NCBI GenBank assembly: GCA_964457085.1
Contig: CAYWDM010000001.1
Coordinates: 111,690-175,689 of the forward strand
Reading direction: 5' to 3'
Length of the DNA stretch: 64,000 bases
DNA from: an uncultured Pseudomonadales bacterium
GTDB taxonomy: Bacteria; Patescibacteriota; Microgenomatia; UBA1400; PJMF01
Below are positions 1 to 9,641 of this stretch, in pieces. A program made the translations under genes and the position numbers. The notes beneath the pieces are model-generated. The model was given only the letters and a program-made list of their open reading frames with translations, made no database searches and was not told the origin of the DNA. Within the stretch, counting starts at the first letter, position 1; each line of letters starts with the position of its first letter.

Positions 1-774
1 CTAGCTCTAGTTCCACTGTGGTGGTGGCGAAACTGGATCTTGCAGTTTCCTAGCGGCATACCCGCTGCTGACTGGCTATTTAATAGTAATGGTATTCGCT
101 GGCGTCCAGCATGGTTTAGATGGCTTGGCTATGAGCGACTCACTAAAATCATGGTTGGCTACACTGGCTTAGTATTACTGGGTGCAAATTTTCTAAATAA
201 AAATACTAAAGAATGGATACTGCTGGGAAGTTGGTGGTTGGGCATCTTCGCCTACTTATCAATCATCGCTACAGGCAACGTGCAACATGATTATTATCAA
301 TCGATTACTATACCCGTGGTTTGTTTAACGTTGGGAAGAGGGGCAGTGGCTCTGTTTGATTTACTGAAAGCAAAATTTGGTCAAAAAACTGCCGCAATCA
401 CAGTCAGCATCATTGTGATCTCCAGTTGGTTTTTTGCTTGGCAGCAAGTCAAAGGTAACTTTAATATTAATCACTGGGAATATGTAGCAGCTGGCAAAGC
501 AGTTGATGCACAGGTGCCAATCGATGCAAAAGTTATTGCACCCGCATTTGGTGACACCATGTTTTTGTTTCAAACCAATCGAACTGGTTGGCCAATTGGG
601 TTTGAGATCGATCAAAAAATCAAGCTTGGTGCCACGCATTATGTGAGTACTAGCTACGATGACGAAGCTCGAATGCTGGAAAAAAACTTCAAAACTGTCC
701 AAAAAAATGAACAGTTTATCCTAATAGATTTAACTCAACCAATCTCTACAGATAGTGCGGAAATGAAACTATGA
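1..774 (+). CDS. C-terminal part of a polytopic membrane protein (possibly a GT-C-type glycosyltransferase); 5' end lies outside the window
   Basis: Reading frame is open from base 1 (no stop upstream). The listed TTG at 40 is an artefact of the window edge. Several hydrophobic helices are followed by a ~110 aa soluble tail. It sits directly upstream of, and overlaps by ATGA, a GT4 gene. Confidence 0.4.
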   Translation, partial: LALVPLWWWRNWILQFPSGIPAADWLFNSNGIRWRPAWFRWLGYERLTKIMVGYTGLVLLGANFLNKNTKEWILLGSWWLGIFAYLSIIATGNVQHDYYQSITIPVVCLTLGRGAVALFDLLKAKFGQKTAAITVSIIVISSWFFAWQQVKGNFNINHWEYVAAGKAVDAQVPIDAKVIAPAFGDTMFLFQTNRTGWPIGFEIDQKIKLGATHYVSTSYDDEARMLEKNFKTVQKNEQFILIDLTQPISTDSAEMKL

Positions 775-1970
775 AAATCTTGATGTTGACTCCGTATCTA
801 CCATATCCATTGCTTTCTGGTGGTCAAATTCGTACGTACAATTTACTCAAAAAATTAGCTCACAAACACGACATCACCTTATTTGCACTGATTAAAGATG
901 ATGAAGAACGACAACATATTAGTGAACTAGAAAAATACTGTACCAAAGTGCGAGTGTTTAATCGTTCAAAACATCCCTTTACTTTTCATAATGTTCTTGC
1001 AGCCCTTTTTTCAACCTATCCATTTCTAGTAATTCGCAATTTAGCACCCAAAACAATTGATGCCATTCGGGATGAACTCTCCAGCAACCAATACGACTTA
1101 ATTCATGCAGAGACTTTTTACATGATGCCGCATTTGCCCAATACAACTATTCCAACTATCCTAGTCGAACAAACCATTGAGTACTTAGGATATGAAAGCT
1201 ATGCCAATCGATCTCCGGCCATATTCAGACCATTCCTCAACCTTGATATCAACAAAATCAAGCGATGGGAAAAATATTACTGGGATAAATGCGATAAACT
1301 GATTGTGATGAGTGAAGATGATAAGAAATTCCTTTCTGATAAATTATCCGATCCTAAAAAAATTGAAGTTGTTTCAAATGGGGTAGACAGTGAGTGGTTT
1401 AATCAAAAAGAACGAGAACTGCCATCAGTACCTACCATTCTCTCTGTTGGAACATTCAACTGGTTACCAAACGTAGAAGCCGTTACTTTTCTTGTTAAAA
1501 AGGTCTGGCCATTAATTAAGCAGCAACTCGCAGTTGCACAGCTATTAATTGTTGGCAACAATCCCACTAAACAAGTTTTGAAATACCAAGAAAGTGATTC
1601 ACAAATTACTGTGGCAGGTCGAATTCCAGATATTCGAGATGCCTTTAAAAAATCACACGTCTTAGTTGCCCCAGTATTTAGTGGCAAAGGGACTCGTTAT
1701 AAAATTCTAGAAGCCATGGCTTCCGGCACCCCCGTTGTCGCTACCGACATTGCAGTTGAGGGCTTGGGTGTGGAAAATGGTAAGCATGTGCTGACTTCAA
1801 ATTCTGCTGAAGGTTTGGCAAAGAATGCCATCAAAGTCCTCAATGACAAACAACTTTGGCAGCAACTTTCAACTAATGGCTATTCATTCGTAATGAAGCA
1901 TTATAATTGGGATGTAATCGCAAATAAGTTAGACTCTATTTATCAACATATTGGTACAAAAAACCGATAA
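771..1970 (+). CDS. GT4-family glycosyltransferase (group 1)
   Basis: N-terminus MKILMLTPYLPYP..SGGQIR and a C-terminal EAMASGTPVVATD motif, both typical of the GT-B fold GT4 family. Start overlaps the previous stop. Confidence 0.8.
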   Translation: MKILMLTPYLPYPLLSGGQIRTYNLLKKLAHKHDITLFALIKDDEERQHISELEKYCTKVRVFNRSKHPFTFHNVLAALFSTYPFLVIRNLAPKTIDAIRDELSSNQYDLIHAETFYMMPHLPNTTIPTILVEQTIEYLGYESYANRSPAIFRPFLNLDINKIKRWEKYYWDKCDKLIVMSEDDKKFLSDKLSDPKKIEVVSNGVDSEWFNQKERELPSVPTILSVGTFNWLPNVEAVTFLVKKVWPLIKQQLAVAQLLIVGNNPTKQVLKYQESDSQITVAGRIPDIRDAFKKSHVLVAPVFSGKGTRYKILEAMASGTPVVATDIAVEGLGVENGKHVLTSNSAEGLAKNAIKVLNDKQLWQQLSTNGYSFVMKHYNWDVIANKLDSIYQHIGTKNR

Positions 1971-2001
1971 ACTACCTCGGTTTACAAAAGGAGCATAGTA
2001 C

Positions 2002-2883
2002 ATGTCAGCTACAAAACCCATGGATCTGAGTATTGTTATTCTCAACTACAATTCACAGTTCTGGCTCAAAAAAACCCTAGATTCACTCAAAAAATACTAT
2101 TTGGATAAAACAAAATTCGCAGTCGAAGTCATTGTCATCGACAATAATAGTACCGACGATTCAGTGAAAATGACCAAACGAGAGTTTAAATGGGCTACGT
2201 TAATCGTCAACCCAACCAACTGTGGATTTGCAGCTGGTAATAACGTCGCACTTAAAGATTCGACAGCCCGATACACCATGTTGCTTAATAATGACATTCA
2301 ATTTACTGAGCAATCCAACCTTGATTTGCTAATTAAGTTCATGGATAAGCATAACGAAACTGCAGTCATTTCACCAAAAGTTGTCCTTACCACCGGACAA
2401 TTAGACATGGCTTGCCACCGTGGAGAACCCACGCCACTTGCCTCACTCTATTACTTCATGAAGCTCGACAAATTGTTTCCGAAAAGTGCCACTTTTGGAC
2501 AGTACCACATGTCCTACAAGGACCTAGATACTCCACATATCATTGATGCTTGTACCGGTGCAGCCATGATTGTTCGCACCAAAGTCATGCACCAAGTTGG
2601 ATTACTAGATGAGCAGTTCTTCATGTATGCCGAAGACTTAGACTGGTGTAAAAGATTTCGCGATGCTGGTCACACTATAGTTTTTTACCCCGAAGTACAG
2701 ATCATTCATCACAAATACAAATCAGGCATCAAAAGCAAATCTAAAACTGTTGCATCAAAAACCAAGAGTTATTTTTACGACACCATGCTGCAGTATTATG
2801 ACAAACACTACCGCCGCCAATATCCAGAACTATATCGAATGTTGCTGAGTGCGTTTTTGTTTATCAAAAAAGAAGGTTTTTAA
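2002..2883 (+). CDS. GT2-family glycosyltransferase
   Basis: LSIVILNYNS...VIVIDNNSTDDS, the classic GT2 N-terminal DXD region. An AAAGGAG RBS lies at 1988-1994. Confidence 0.8.
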   Translation: MSATKPMDLSIVILNYNSQFWLKKTLDSLKKYYLDKTKFAVEVIVIDNNSTDDSVKMTKREFKWATLIVNPTNCGFAAGNNVALKDSTARYTMLLNNDIQFTEQSNLDLLIKFMDKHNETAVISPKVVLTTGQLDMACHRGEPTPLASLYYFMKLDKLFPKSATFGQYHMSYKDLDTPHIIDACTGAAMIVRTKVMHQVGLLDEQFFMYAEDLDWCKRFRDAGHTIVFYPEVQIIHHKYKSGIKSKSKTVASKTKSYFYDTMLQYYDKHYRRQYPELYRMLLSAFLFIKKEGF

Positions 2884-2888
2884 ATCTC

Positions 2889-4019
2889 ATGTCCCTGACA
2901 TCCGGCTATCGAATTGGCATTGATTGCAGACTGGCGGGAAGTCGTCACGCAGGTATCGGCAGGTATACGGCTAATTTAGTGCGTGAGTTATTACTGACTA
3001 CACCAGATAGCATCACCTGGGTATTATTTTTCTCTGACAAAACCCAGCAAGCTGAAATAGTCGCAATAATTCCCAAAAATGTCGAGGTTGTCATCGCACC
3101 AATACGACACTATTCACTTTCTGAACAGCTGAAAATGCCGGGCATCTTTAAAGCTGCAAAGCTAGATTTGCTGCATGTGCCACATTTTAATATTCCACTC
3201 GCTTACACTGGAAAATTGATCGTCACTATTCATGACTTGTTGTGGCACGAGCAGCGGGGGAGTACTGTTACCACGCTTGCTCCGGCAAAATATTGGTTAA
3301 AGTATTTTTTTTACCATCTAATTGTTTGGAAAGCAGTGCATTCAGCACAAAAAATTCTAGTACCGGCAGCTACAATCGCTGGAACTGTTAGCCGATACTA
3401 TCCTGGTGCAAAACAAAAAATCGTGATAACACCAGAAGGAATTGATCAATCATTCCTTGATACTTTGATTGGAAAAAGACGACAGCCACAGTCAGATGCA
3501 CTTGAACTAGTCTATACAGGGTCACTCTATCCACATAAAAATATCGAGGTAGTTCTACAACTATTGCAACAGTATCCTGATATTCACCTAACTATTGTTG
3601 GTTCAAGATCTGTTTTTCGTGACCAAGTCGAACAACGATGCAAGGAGCTATCTGTACAATACCAAGTGACATTTGCGGGCTATTTACCAGATGAGAAACT
3701 CTGTGATCTATACTCAGTATCGGATGTACTCATTCAACCGTCACTTTCTGAGGGTTTTGGACTTACAGGCTTAGAAGCACTCTCGCAGAACCTGCCAGTC
3801 ATTGTTTCTGATATTCCGATTTTTCGAGAAATTTATCAAAATGCAGCAGTCTTCTTCAATCCGCATGATCCAGTCTCTGTCTATGAGGCACTACTTGAAA
3901 CACTTAAAAAACAAACGGAGCTGTTGCAGAATTCCAAAAAATTATTGCCAAGGTATTCCTGGAAATTGATGGCCAATCAGACTTTGAACACCTACCTGCA
4001 AATACTAGAAAAAAAGTAA
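2889..4019 (+). CDS. GT4-family glycosyltransferase
   Basis: EGFGLTGLEALSQNLPVIVSD, the GT4 EX7E-type C-terminal motif. Confidence 0.8.
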   Translation: MSLTSGYRIGIDCRLAGSRHAGIGRYTANLVRELLLTTPDSITWVLFFSDKTQQAEIVAIIPKNVEVVIAPIRHYSLSEQLKMPGIFKAAKLDLLHVPHFNIPLAYTGKLIVTIHDLLWHEQRGSTVTTLAPAKYWLKYFFYHLIVWKAVHSAQKILVPAATIAGTVSRYYPGAKQKIVITPEGIDQSFLDTLIGKRRQPQSDALELVYTGSLYPHKNIEVVLQLLQQYPDIHLTIVGSRSVFRDQVEQRCKELSVQYQVTFAGYLPDEKLCDLYSVSDVLIQPSLSEGFGLTGLEALSQNLPVIVSDIPIFREIYQNAAVFFNPHDPVSVYEALLETLKKQTELLQNSKKLLPRYSWKLMANQTLNTYLQILEKK

Positions 4020-4040
4020 CTTATTCGCACATTTAGAGTT

Positions 4041-5204
4041 ATGGTGAAAAATCCCTCAGTTGCACTTGTCTATGACCGAGTCAACACCGCTTTCGGTGGT
4101 GCAGAGAGAGTTCTGTTAGCCCTACATCAAGCTTTTCCAGACGCACCCCTATATACTGCTGTAGCTGATAAACGTGCTTCAAGATGGGCAGAAGTCTTTG
4201 AGATACGAACTAGTTGGCTACAACAAGTTCCATTCGCAAGTCGACTCCACCGGCTGCTTGCTTCGCTCATGCCGTTGGCATTTGAATCGTTTGATTTGAG
4301 CAACTTTGACGTCATTATTAGTGTCACCAGTGCTGAGGCAAAAGCAGTTATTACCAGAACAAATCAACTGCATGTTTGTTATTTACTCAGTCCACCAAGA
4401 TATTTGTATCACCAAAGAGATGAATTGGTGAATGCTGCCTGGTGGTCATCCGTACCGGGATTATCACAACTTGGCAAACTTGCTCTGAAATATTTGACTT
4501 GGTGGGATCAGACTGCCATGTCTCGTCCAGATATCGTCATTCCCTTATCAAAAGTTGTTGCCAATAGATTTAAGAAAATTTATGGGCGAACAGCAAACCC
4601 AGTGTTGTATCCACCCATTGAGACAAAGCACCTTACTCCAAAAATCACTCAGCAAAAACTAAAACAATTTGCAGACACGCATCCTCACTTTCTGTTACTG
4701 ATTGCACGACTTGTTACCTACAAGCGTGTTGATTTAGCAATTGCTGCTGCCAAAAAATGTAATGTGCCATTAATCATCGTCGGCGATGGTCCAGATTTCA
4801 TCCAACTCAGTTCTCAAACTGGGGTCACAACCTTGTTGATTCCAAAAGTCTCGGAATCTGAACTGGCATGGTTATACTCTAACTGTACAATGGTGCTTAT
4901 TCCTGGAGTCGAAGATTTTGGCCTCACTGCACTTGAGGCAAATGCCTATGGTAAACCAGCGGTAATTAACAAAAATGCTGGTGCCAGTGAAGTAATTGAT
5001 GATGGAATCCATGGAGTACATGTCCAAAAAACTACTCTTGAAAGTCTGGTAACTGCTATTTTAAGCTGCCAAAAACTAGCCTTCTCACCAACCGTGCTTC
5101 GCCAAAACGCTAGTAAATATGATACAAGTATCTTTGTGACTGAATTCAAATCTATGGTTAAAATCGAGTGGGGAAAACAACAATCACGTATAATTCACAG
5201 TTAG
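4041..5204 (+). CDS. GT4-family glycosyltransferase
   Basis: EDFGLTALEANAYGKPAVI motif; GT-B fold. Confidence 0.75.
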   Translation: MVKNPSVALVYDRVNTAFGGAERVLLALHQAFPDAPLYTAVADKRASRWAEVFEIRTSWLQQVPFASRLHRLLASLMPLAFESFDLSNFDVIISVTSAEAKAVITRTNQLHVCYLLSPPRYLYHQRDELVNAAWWSSVPGLSQLGKLALKYLTWWDQTAMSRPDIVIPLSKVVANRFKKIYGRTANPVLYPPIETKHLTPKITQQKLKQFADTHPHFLLLIARLVTYKRVDLAIAAAKKCNVPLIIVGDGPDFIQLSSQTGVTTLLIPKVSESELAWLYSNCTMVLIPGVEDFGLTALEANAYGKPAVINKNAGASEVIDDGIHGVHVQKTTLESLVTAILSCQKLAFSPTVLRQNASKYDTSIFVTEFKSMVKIEWGKQQSRIIHS

Positions 5205-5217
5205 GCAAGGAGTTTTT

Positions 5218-6318
5218 ATGGCAACAGAGCACAGATATGCAGTGATTTTGGCTGGGGGTGGCGGCACAAGACTTTGGCCAAAATCCCGCAACCAAACACC
5301 AAAACAATTTTTAAACCTTTTCGGCAACCAAACTATGATTCAGGTGGCTGCAGAACGCGTCACTAAATTAGTGCCTTGGAAGAATGTGATTGTGGTGACT
5401 AACAGACTCTATTTAGATGATGTTCGAGATCAGTTACCTCAGGTTTTAAGTGAAAACATTATTGCGGAGCCAGAGAAGCGAGACACTGCAATGGCGATGC
5501 TGGTGGGAGCACTCTACGTCAAGAGTAAAGATCCCGATGCCATCATCATGAACGCTGCATCAGATCATGTAATCGCAGATGACAAGGAGTTTAGTCGGGT
5601 AATGACCGCAGCTGTCGAAGTGGCAGCGACAGATCACAAACTGGTAACAGTCGGTATCACTCCTACTTTCCCACATCCCGGTCTCGGATACATTAAAATT
5701 GGCCAAGATTTACGCAAGATTGGTCAAGGATTATCCCTTTTCAAGGTTGATAGCTTCACCGAAAAACCAAATCTACCAACTGCAAGAGCTTTTATCTCCA
5801 CAGGTAGATATTTTTGGAATGCCAATATGTATGTCTGGGGTGCTGAGGATCTCCAAGCTGCATTTGCTCGATATATGCCCAGCATGTTCGAGCTAACCAA
5901 ACATCTGCCAGACCTTGATTCCAAGGCATTTCACAAAGCTCTCCCTGCTGTCTATGCCAAAGCAGAGAGTATTTCCATTGACTACGCCATTAGTGAGAAA
6001 GCCGACAATCTGGTGTTGATTCCTGGAGATTTTGGCTGGAATGATGTAGGTGATTGGAAAGTAGTTTACGATCTGAGTAAAAAAGACTTAGCGAATAACG
6101 TGATCGTCGGCGATAAAGAAAAAGTTAAGACTCTGGCAATTAGCTCTCAAAACAACTTCATTCATGCTGATGGTAGATTAATTGCATTATTTGGCGTTAG
6201 TGACATGATTATTGTTGATACAGAAGAAATCCTGATGATCTGTCCCAAGTCTTCAAGTCAAGACGTTAAGAAAATCGTCGAGCGACTGAAAGAAGAAAAT
6301 AAAAAAGAATATCTATAA
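5218..6318 (+). CDS. manC: Mannose-1-phosphate guanylyltransferase (GDP-mannose pyrophosphorylase)
   Basis: AVILAGGGGTRLWPKSR nucleotidyl-transferase signature. AAGGAG RBS at 5205-5210. Confidence 0.75.
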   Translation: MATEHRYAVILAGGGGTRLWPKSRNQTPKQFLNLFGNQTMIQVAAERVTKLVPWKNVIVVTNRLYLDDVRDQLPQVLSENIIAEPEKRDTAMAMLVGALYVKSKDPDAIIMNAASDHVIADDKEFSRVMTAAVEVAATDHKLVTVGITPTFPHPGLGYIKIGQDLRKIGQGLSLFKVDSFTEKPNLPTARAFISTGRYFWNANMYVWGAEDLQAAFARYMPSMFELTKHLPDLDSKAFHKALPAVYAKAESISIDYAISEKADNLVLIPGDFGWNDVGDWKVVYDLSKKDLANNVIVGDKEKVKTLAISSQNNFIHADGRLIALFGVSDMIIVDTEEILMICPKSSSQDVKKIVERLKEENKKEYL

Positions 6319-6323
6319 ATCAA

Positions 6324-6950
6324 ATGCCATACGAAACCGAAAAACGACTGCTCGACATCACCGTATCATTGGCTCTGATTGTGGCTTTCATGCCAATCTG
6401 GATCTTTGCTCCAATCCTGATTTATCTTGACTCAGGCTGGCCAATTATGTTCATGCACAAACGCATGGGTAAGGGAGGCAAAGAGTTTCACCTCTACAAG
6501 TTTCGTTCCATGGTGCACAACGCCGATGAGATTTTGCATAAAAAAAACCCCGAGTTATTGGCAAAATTCAAAAAAGGCGACTGGAAAATCGAGGCCAAAG
6601 AAGATCCTAGAATCACCAAACTTGGGAGAATTCTCAGATCACTCACAATCGATGAGTTTCCTCAAATCTACAATGTGTTGCGCGGTGAAATGAGTATGGT
6701 TGGTCCTCGTGCTTACCTCAAAGCAGAGCTTGAAGAGCAAACCAAGAAATATCCCATCACCAAAAAGTTTGTCAAAGAAATTCTATCTGTTAAACCAGGA
6801 ATTACCGGTCCCTGGCAAACGAGTGGCCGTAACGAGATACCATTTGCACAACGAGCTGAAATCGACGCACATTATGCAAGAACCAGATCAATCAAAAATG
6901 ATCTCTTGATCTTACTGCGTACTCCAAAAGCCATGATTTCTAAGTGGTAA
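6324..6950 (+). CDS. Polyprenyl-phosphate sugar phosphotransferase (PglC/WbaP C-terminal-domain family), the initiating enzyme
   Basis: Single N-terminal TM helix. YKFRSMV and RGEMSMVGPRA motifs of the bacterial sugar transferase family. Confidence 0.8.
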   Translation: MPYETEKRLLDITVSLALIVAFMPIWIFAPILIYLDSGWPIMFMHKRMGKGGKEFHLYKFRSMVHNADEILHKKNPELLAKFKKGDWKIEAKEDPRITKLGRILRSLTIDEFPQIYNVLRGEMSMVGPRAYLKAELEEQTKKYPITKKFVKEILSVKPGITGPWQTSGRNEIPFAQRAEIDAHYARTRSIKNDLLILLRTPKAMISKW

Positions 6951-6998
6951 ACTTTGTTGGTGTGCTCACACCAATGATTTTGCTATACTGGTAGAACT

Positions 6999-9035
6999 AT
7001 GTCATTAGAACCAGTACAACAACTCGACCAAGAAAACTCATTACTGCCCACAGCTCAGGTTAAAAGACTTGATATTGATGATCTTGGCACCACTTCTGAC
7101 GACGAAACGCTCACACAGTTTACTCAATCAGCAGCAATCAAAACCTCTATGTCACGCAAATCATCATTTAAACCTTGGATGAAAGTATTGTTAGTCATCT
7201 GTATTATTTTGTTGGCAGTTGCTGGTGGTGTAGCTATTGTTGGCTTCAAAGCCTCACAAGTGGCCATCAAATTGCGATCACAGAGCGAAGATGCAAAAAT
7301 ACTTGGTAATTCCGCATATACAGCTTTCAAAGCTCAAAACCTTCCTGAAGCAGAAACAAAGCTCAAAGAGGTTAAAACCAAAGTCGATGAAATGGAAACT
7401 ACCTATCAGGAACTTGCTGTTTACGGCAAAATGCCCCTATTCAGTGGATATTTCCAAGATGGCGAGCATGCTTTCAAAGCTGCTAAGGCATCATTAAATG
7501 GTGGTGAAAAAGCACTAGCTGCAATTACTCCATACGCTGATGTTTTAGGGTTTAAGGGTGAAGGTACTTTCACTGGGGGTACTGCTGAAAATCGCATTAA
7601 AATGTTGATCGAGACGCTTGACAAAGTAATGCCGGTTTTTGACGAGATCAACACTGAATTTAAGATTGCCGAACAAGAATTGGCAGCCATTGACTCGAAT
7701 CGTTATCCCGAGCAATTTAAAGACATGAAAATCCGTTCACAAATTGTTGATGCTCAAAACATGGCTAAGACAACCATCGCCACTCTTGAAGAGTTCCGTC
7801 CTGTTTTGGCACAACTACCAGATATCGCTGGTGGCAAAGGTCAACGCAAAAAATATTTGATCTTATTTCAAAACGACAATGAACTCCGCCCAACTGGTGG
7901 TTTCTTAACTGCTTATGCAGTCGTTTACATAGAAAATGGCAAAGTTACTCCAGAAAAATCAGATGACATCTACGAACTAGATAAGAAATTTACCAAAAAA
8001 ATTCCTATCCCTGAAAAGTTAGGCAAATACCTGGTTACTGAGAAACTCTTTCACATGCGTGACATGAACACTTCACCAGATTTCAAAACTTCGATGGATC
8101 TCTTCTACTCACATTACAAAACCATCAAGACAGAGCCTGACAATATCGACGGCATCATTGCCATTGACACACAAATGCTGACCGATTTAGTTTCGATCCT
8201 TGGTCCAGTTGAAATTGCAGGTTATGGAACTTTTAGTGCTGAAAACGACAAACACTGTGACTGTCCACAAATTGTCTATGCACTCTCAGAAATCATTACT
8301 CGACCAACCCCATACCTAAGAGTAGACCGTAAAGGCATTCTTGGGCCCATGATGCAATCGATTTTAGCCAAGACCTATGGTGCTAACAAACAAGTCTGGC
8401 CAAAACTTTTTGAAACAGCTTGGAAAGGCGTTGAGGGACGTCATATTCAAATGTATTTCATGGATGAAAAAGCCCAAGCTGCTGCAGAAGCAGTGAATGG
8501 AGCAGGCAGAATGATTGCCCCAACCAACGGTGAGGATTTCCTAGCTATCGTTAATGCCAACCTTGGGGGTGCCAAATCAAATCTGTTTATCAATTACGAC
8601 CTCAAACAGACAGTTTCTGCACCAGAAAATGGTCAAATCACCAAAACTATCGAGATTACCTATAAAAACTCTCGAAAAGGTGATAACTGCAATCTCGAAG
8701 CTGGCTTGCTCTGTTTGAATGCACGTCTAAATGACTGGACTCGAATTTATGTTCCAGCTGGTTCGAAACTGGTCGAAGGTAAAGGTTTCATCAAAGAGCT
8801 CACTCAATATGATGAGGCTGGATTCACCGTCTTCGATGGAAACTTCAACCTTGAGCCAATGAGTTCTGCCAAATTAGTTGTAACGTACACAGTGCCATAC
8901 TCTGACGCGACAACTTATAAAACAACCGTGTGGAAACAGGGCGGCATCAGTCCATTCAATAGTATGTTTGATGTGGCTGGTGGCGAAGAGCAGGTGTTAG
9001 TTGATAAAGACACTGCCTTCCAAACCAAGTTCTAG
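6999..9035 (+). CDS. DUF4012-domain membrane-anchored protein
   Basis: N-terminal TM helix. KYLILFQNDNELRPTGGFLTAYAVVYIENGKV matches the DUF4012 signature (RYLVLFQNNAE.R.TGGFIG) found in polysaccharide loci. Confidence 0.7.
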   Translation: MSLEPVQQLDQENSLLPTAQVKRLDIDDLGTTSDDETLTQFTQSAAIKTSMSRKSSFKPWMKVLLVICIILLAVAGGVAIVGFKASQVAIKLRSQSEDAKILGNSAYTAFKAQNLPEAETKLKEVKTKVDEMETTYQELAVYGKMPLFSGYFQDGEHAFKAAKASLNGGEKALAAITPYADVLGFKGEGTFTGGTAENRIKMLIETLDKVMPVFDEINTEFKIAEQELAAIDSNRYPEQFKDMKIRSQIVDAQNMAKTTIATLEEFRPVLAQLPDIAGGKGQRKKYLILFQNDNELRPTGGFLTAYAVVYIENGKVTPEKSDDIYELDKKFTKKIPIPEKLGKYLVTEKLFHMRDMNTSPDFKTSMDLFYSHYKTIKTEPDNIDGIIAIDTQMLTDLVSILGPVEIAGYGTFSAENDKHCDCPQIVYALSEIITRPTPYLRVDRKGILGPMMQSILAKTYGANKQVWPKLFETAWKGVEGRHIQMYFMDEKAQAAAEAVNGAGRMIAPTNGEDFLAIVNANLGGAKSNLFINYDLKQTVSAPENGQITKTIEITYKNSRKGDNCNLEAGLLCLNARLNDWTRIYVPAGSKLVEGKGFIKELTQYDEAGFTVFDGNFNLEPMSSAKLVVTYTVPYSDATTYKTTVWKQGGISPFNSMFDVAGGEEQVLVDKDTAFQTKF

Positions 9036-9037
9036 AC

Positions 9038-9583
9038 ATGGGCAAACGATCAGGCTTTACAGTCACAGGGTTGATACTCAAACGAACGAGTGTCGGCGAA
9101 GCTGACCGCATTGTGACTCTTTTCACTCCAGATCAAGGCAAAGTAGTTTGTGTGGCCAAAGGTGCTCGTAAGCTAACTTCCTCTCAGCGAGGCTCTCTGG
9201 AACCAGGCAACCTTGTGAAAGCGATGATCATCCCCACTCAATCTCTCTGGCTGCTCACTCAAACGACATTGATTTCTGATTTGGGGGATTGTTGGAAAGA
9301 TTTGGCTCAATTGCGTCGAGTAAGCCAAATTCTTGAGATAACTGACAAACTGGTTGCGGAAGCCGATCCAGATCCAGAACTGTTTATTTTGGTTAGCCAA
9401 TTACTCACTAGAATCATCAAGCGAACTGCAAGTGATATCGTGGTGCGGGATCAATTAGACTCAATCATTCAGCATCTGGGTTTCCCAACTCTAGCCGAGT
9501 CTCAACACCAATCAATTTCTGATTATGTTAGTGAGCTAACTGATCGTGAAATTAAAAGTTTTAAATATCTTAAAGTTGAGTGA
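9038..9583 (+). CDS. recO: DNA repair protein RecO (short form, N-terminal OB domain)
   Basis: LILKRTSVGEADRIVTLFTPDQGKVVCVAKGARKLTS aligns to the RecO N-terminal domain (E. coli [38 protein letters not shown]). Only 181 aa, so the C-terminal zinc region is absent. Confidence 0.65.
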   Translation: MGKRSGFTVTGLILKRTSVGEADRIVTLFTPDQGKVVCVAKGARKLTSSQRGSLEPGNLVKAMIIPTQSLWLLTQTTLISDLGDCWKDLAQLRRVSQILEITDKLVAEADPDPELFILVSQLLTRIIKRTASDIVVRDQLDSIIQHLGFPTLAESQHQSISDYVSELTDREIKSFKYLKVE

Positions 9584-9641
9584 TTTTAGGCATATAATTG
9601 CTTTGTTCTAATGCCCTGAATTCGGCATTGATCAAAAAAAT

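Noticed and set aside
40-774. TTG start at position 40 for the first ORF
   Set aside because: The frame is open back to base 1 with no stop. The gene is simply cut by the window edge.
6427-6909. Alternative-frame ORFs (88 aa and 69 aa) within the pglC-like gene
   Set aside because: They overlap a well-supported CDS in other frames and are compositionally biased (Cys/Lys/Ser-rich); spurious.
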